Shown here in pieces: positions 63,340 through 64,000 of a stretch of DNA of 64,000 nt. A model generated the notes under the pieces. That model worked only from the letters and a program-made list of their open reading frames with translations, did no database searches and was not told where the DNA came from. The stretch is from assembly GCF_037042905.1 (NCBI RefSeq), contig NW_026974140.1:1180001-1244000 (forward strand), in the 5' to 3' direction. The position numbers and the translations under genes are program-made. How positions within the stretch are numbered: position 1 is the first letter of the stretch; the number at the start of each line of letters is the position of its first letter. The DNA is from Lytechinus pictus (Eukaryota).

Positions 63340-63720
63340 TTTTTTACTTGAGCTGGTAATATGAATTGCTACATGACCTACATAATGACATGTTCCAATT
63401 CGAATAGTAACATGACCTTAATAAGAATTACCCTGCATCGATTGAGCGTGCTTACGTTAAATAATTGATGTTGCTACTTCAAATAATTGAGGTCAATCAA
63501 ATTGGTCATAATTATTCAAGTCAATTCTGAGCTACATGTCGTAATTGTTTAGGTCATATACTAATTGAAATTACTAAATGACTCGTGTAGGTATGAATTC
63601 AAGTTGCCACATGACCTTAATTATTTTATGTAGCAACATCAAGTATTGAACGTCATGTAGTTATTAATTATGACATGTAGCAAATAAAATTAACATGCCG
63701 CAATTTCGTGTTCATGACGG
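63340..63720. repeat. Degenerate TGCTACATGAC/GTCATGTAG motif cluster (probable subterminal repeats of a DNA transposon)
   Basis: Recurrent (C)TACATG(A/T)C motifs in both orientations. Confidence 0.35.
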
Positions 63721-64000
63721 GCTCACGCTTACATTCATACATGACGTAAATTTGTATAACCTTCGATCCGTAGTTGGAGAAATTCTTAGACAAGAAGACT
63801 GCAAAACATTGATATGCATAATTGCATATTCAATGTCAAAAAGATTGATATCTCAATAGATTTGATATGCATTCATATTTTTTCTAACCTATGGTGAACA
63901 TTCTAAATCATGTGAAATTTATTCAAAAATGTCTTCCATTATTTATGGACTTTTGTGAATTCTGTGCATAATGAAGTGATTATGATTACATCGTCATGTA

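Overview
AT-rich eukaryotic DNA with spliceosomal introns. The repeat content suggests a marine invertebrate such as a sea urchin, but that is inference. The window is almost entirely nested transposable elements, and I find no clear host protein-coding gene. Main contents: (1) the right part of a PIF/Harbinger transposon, with a spliced DDE transposase (+), a convergent spliced Myb/SANT-like gene (-), subterminal palindromes and a right TIR at 11770; (2) an abutting Harbinger MITE split by an apparently intact L2/CR1-group LINE (-), whose esterase+CCHC ORF1 and APE-RT ORF2 are in frame and separated by one UAG followed by a stem-loop; (3) a decayed LINE and a triplicated SINE/TIR-end/minisatellite unit; (4) a 9.7-kb CCC...GGG CMC/EnSpm-like non-autonomous element with a 2-bp TSD and an empty-site paralog in the window; (5) a LINE inserted into another LINE's ORF1 and itself interrupted by a MULE-like element; (6) a foldback element with a 9-bp TSD that hosts a CACAGTG-ended Transib-like element (5-bp TSD, itself containing a MULE-like insert) and a second insertion. 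Most short ORFs in the track are repeat artefacts.
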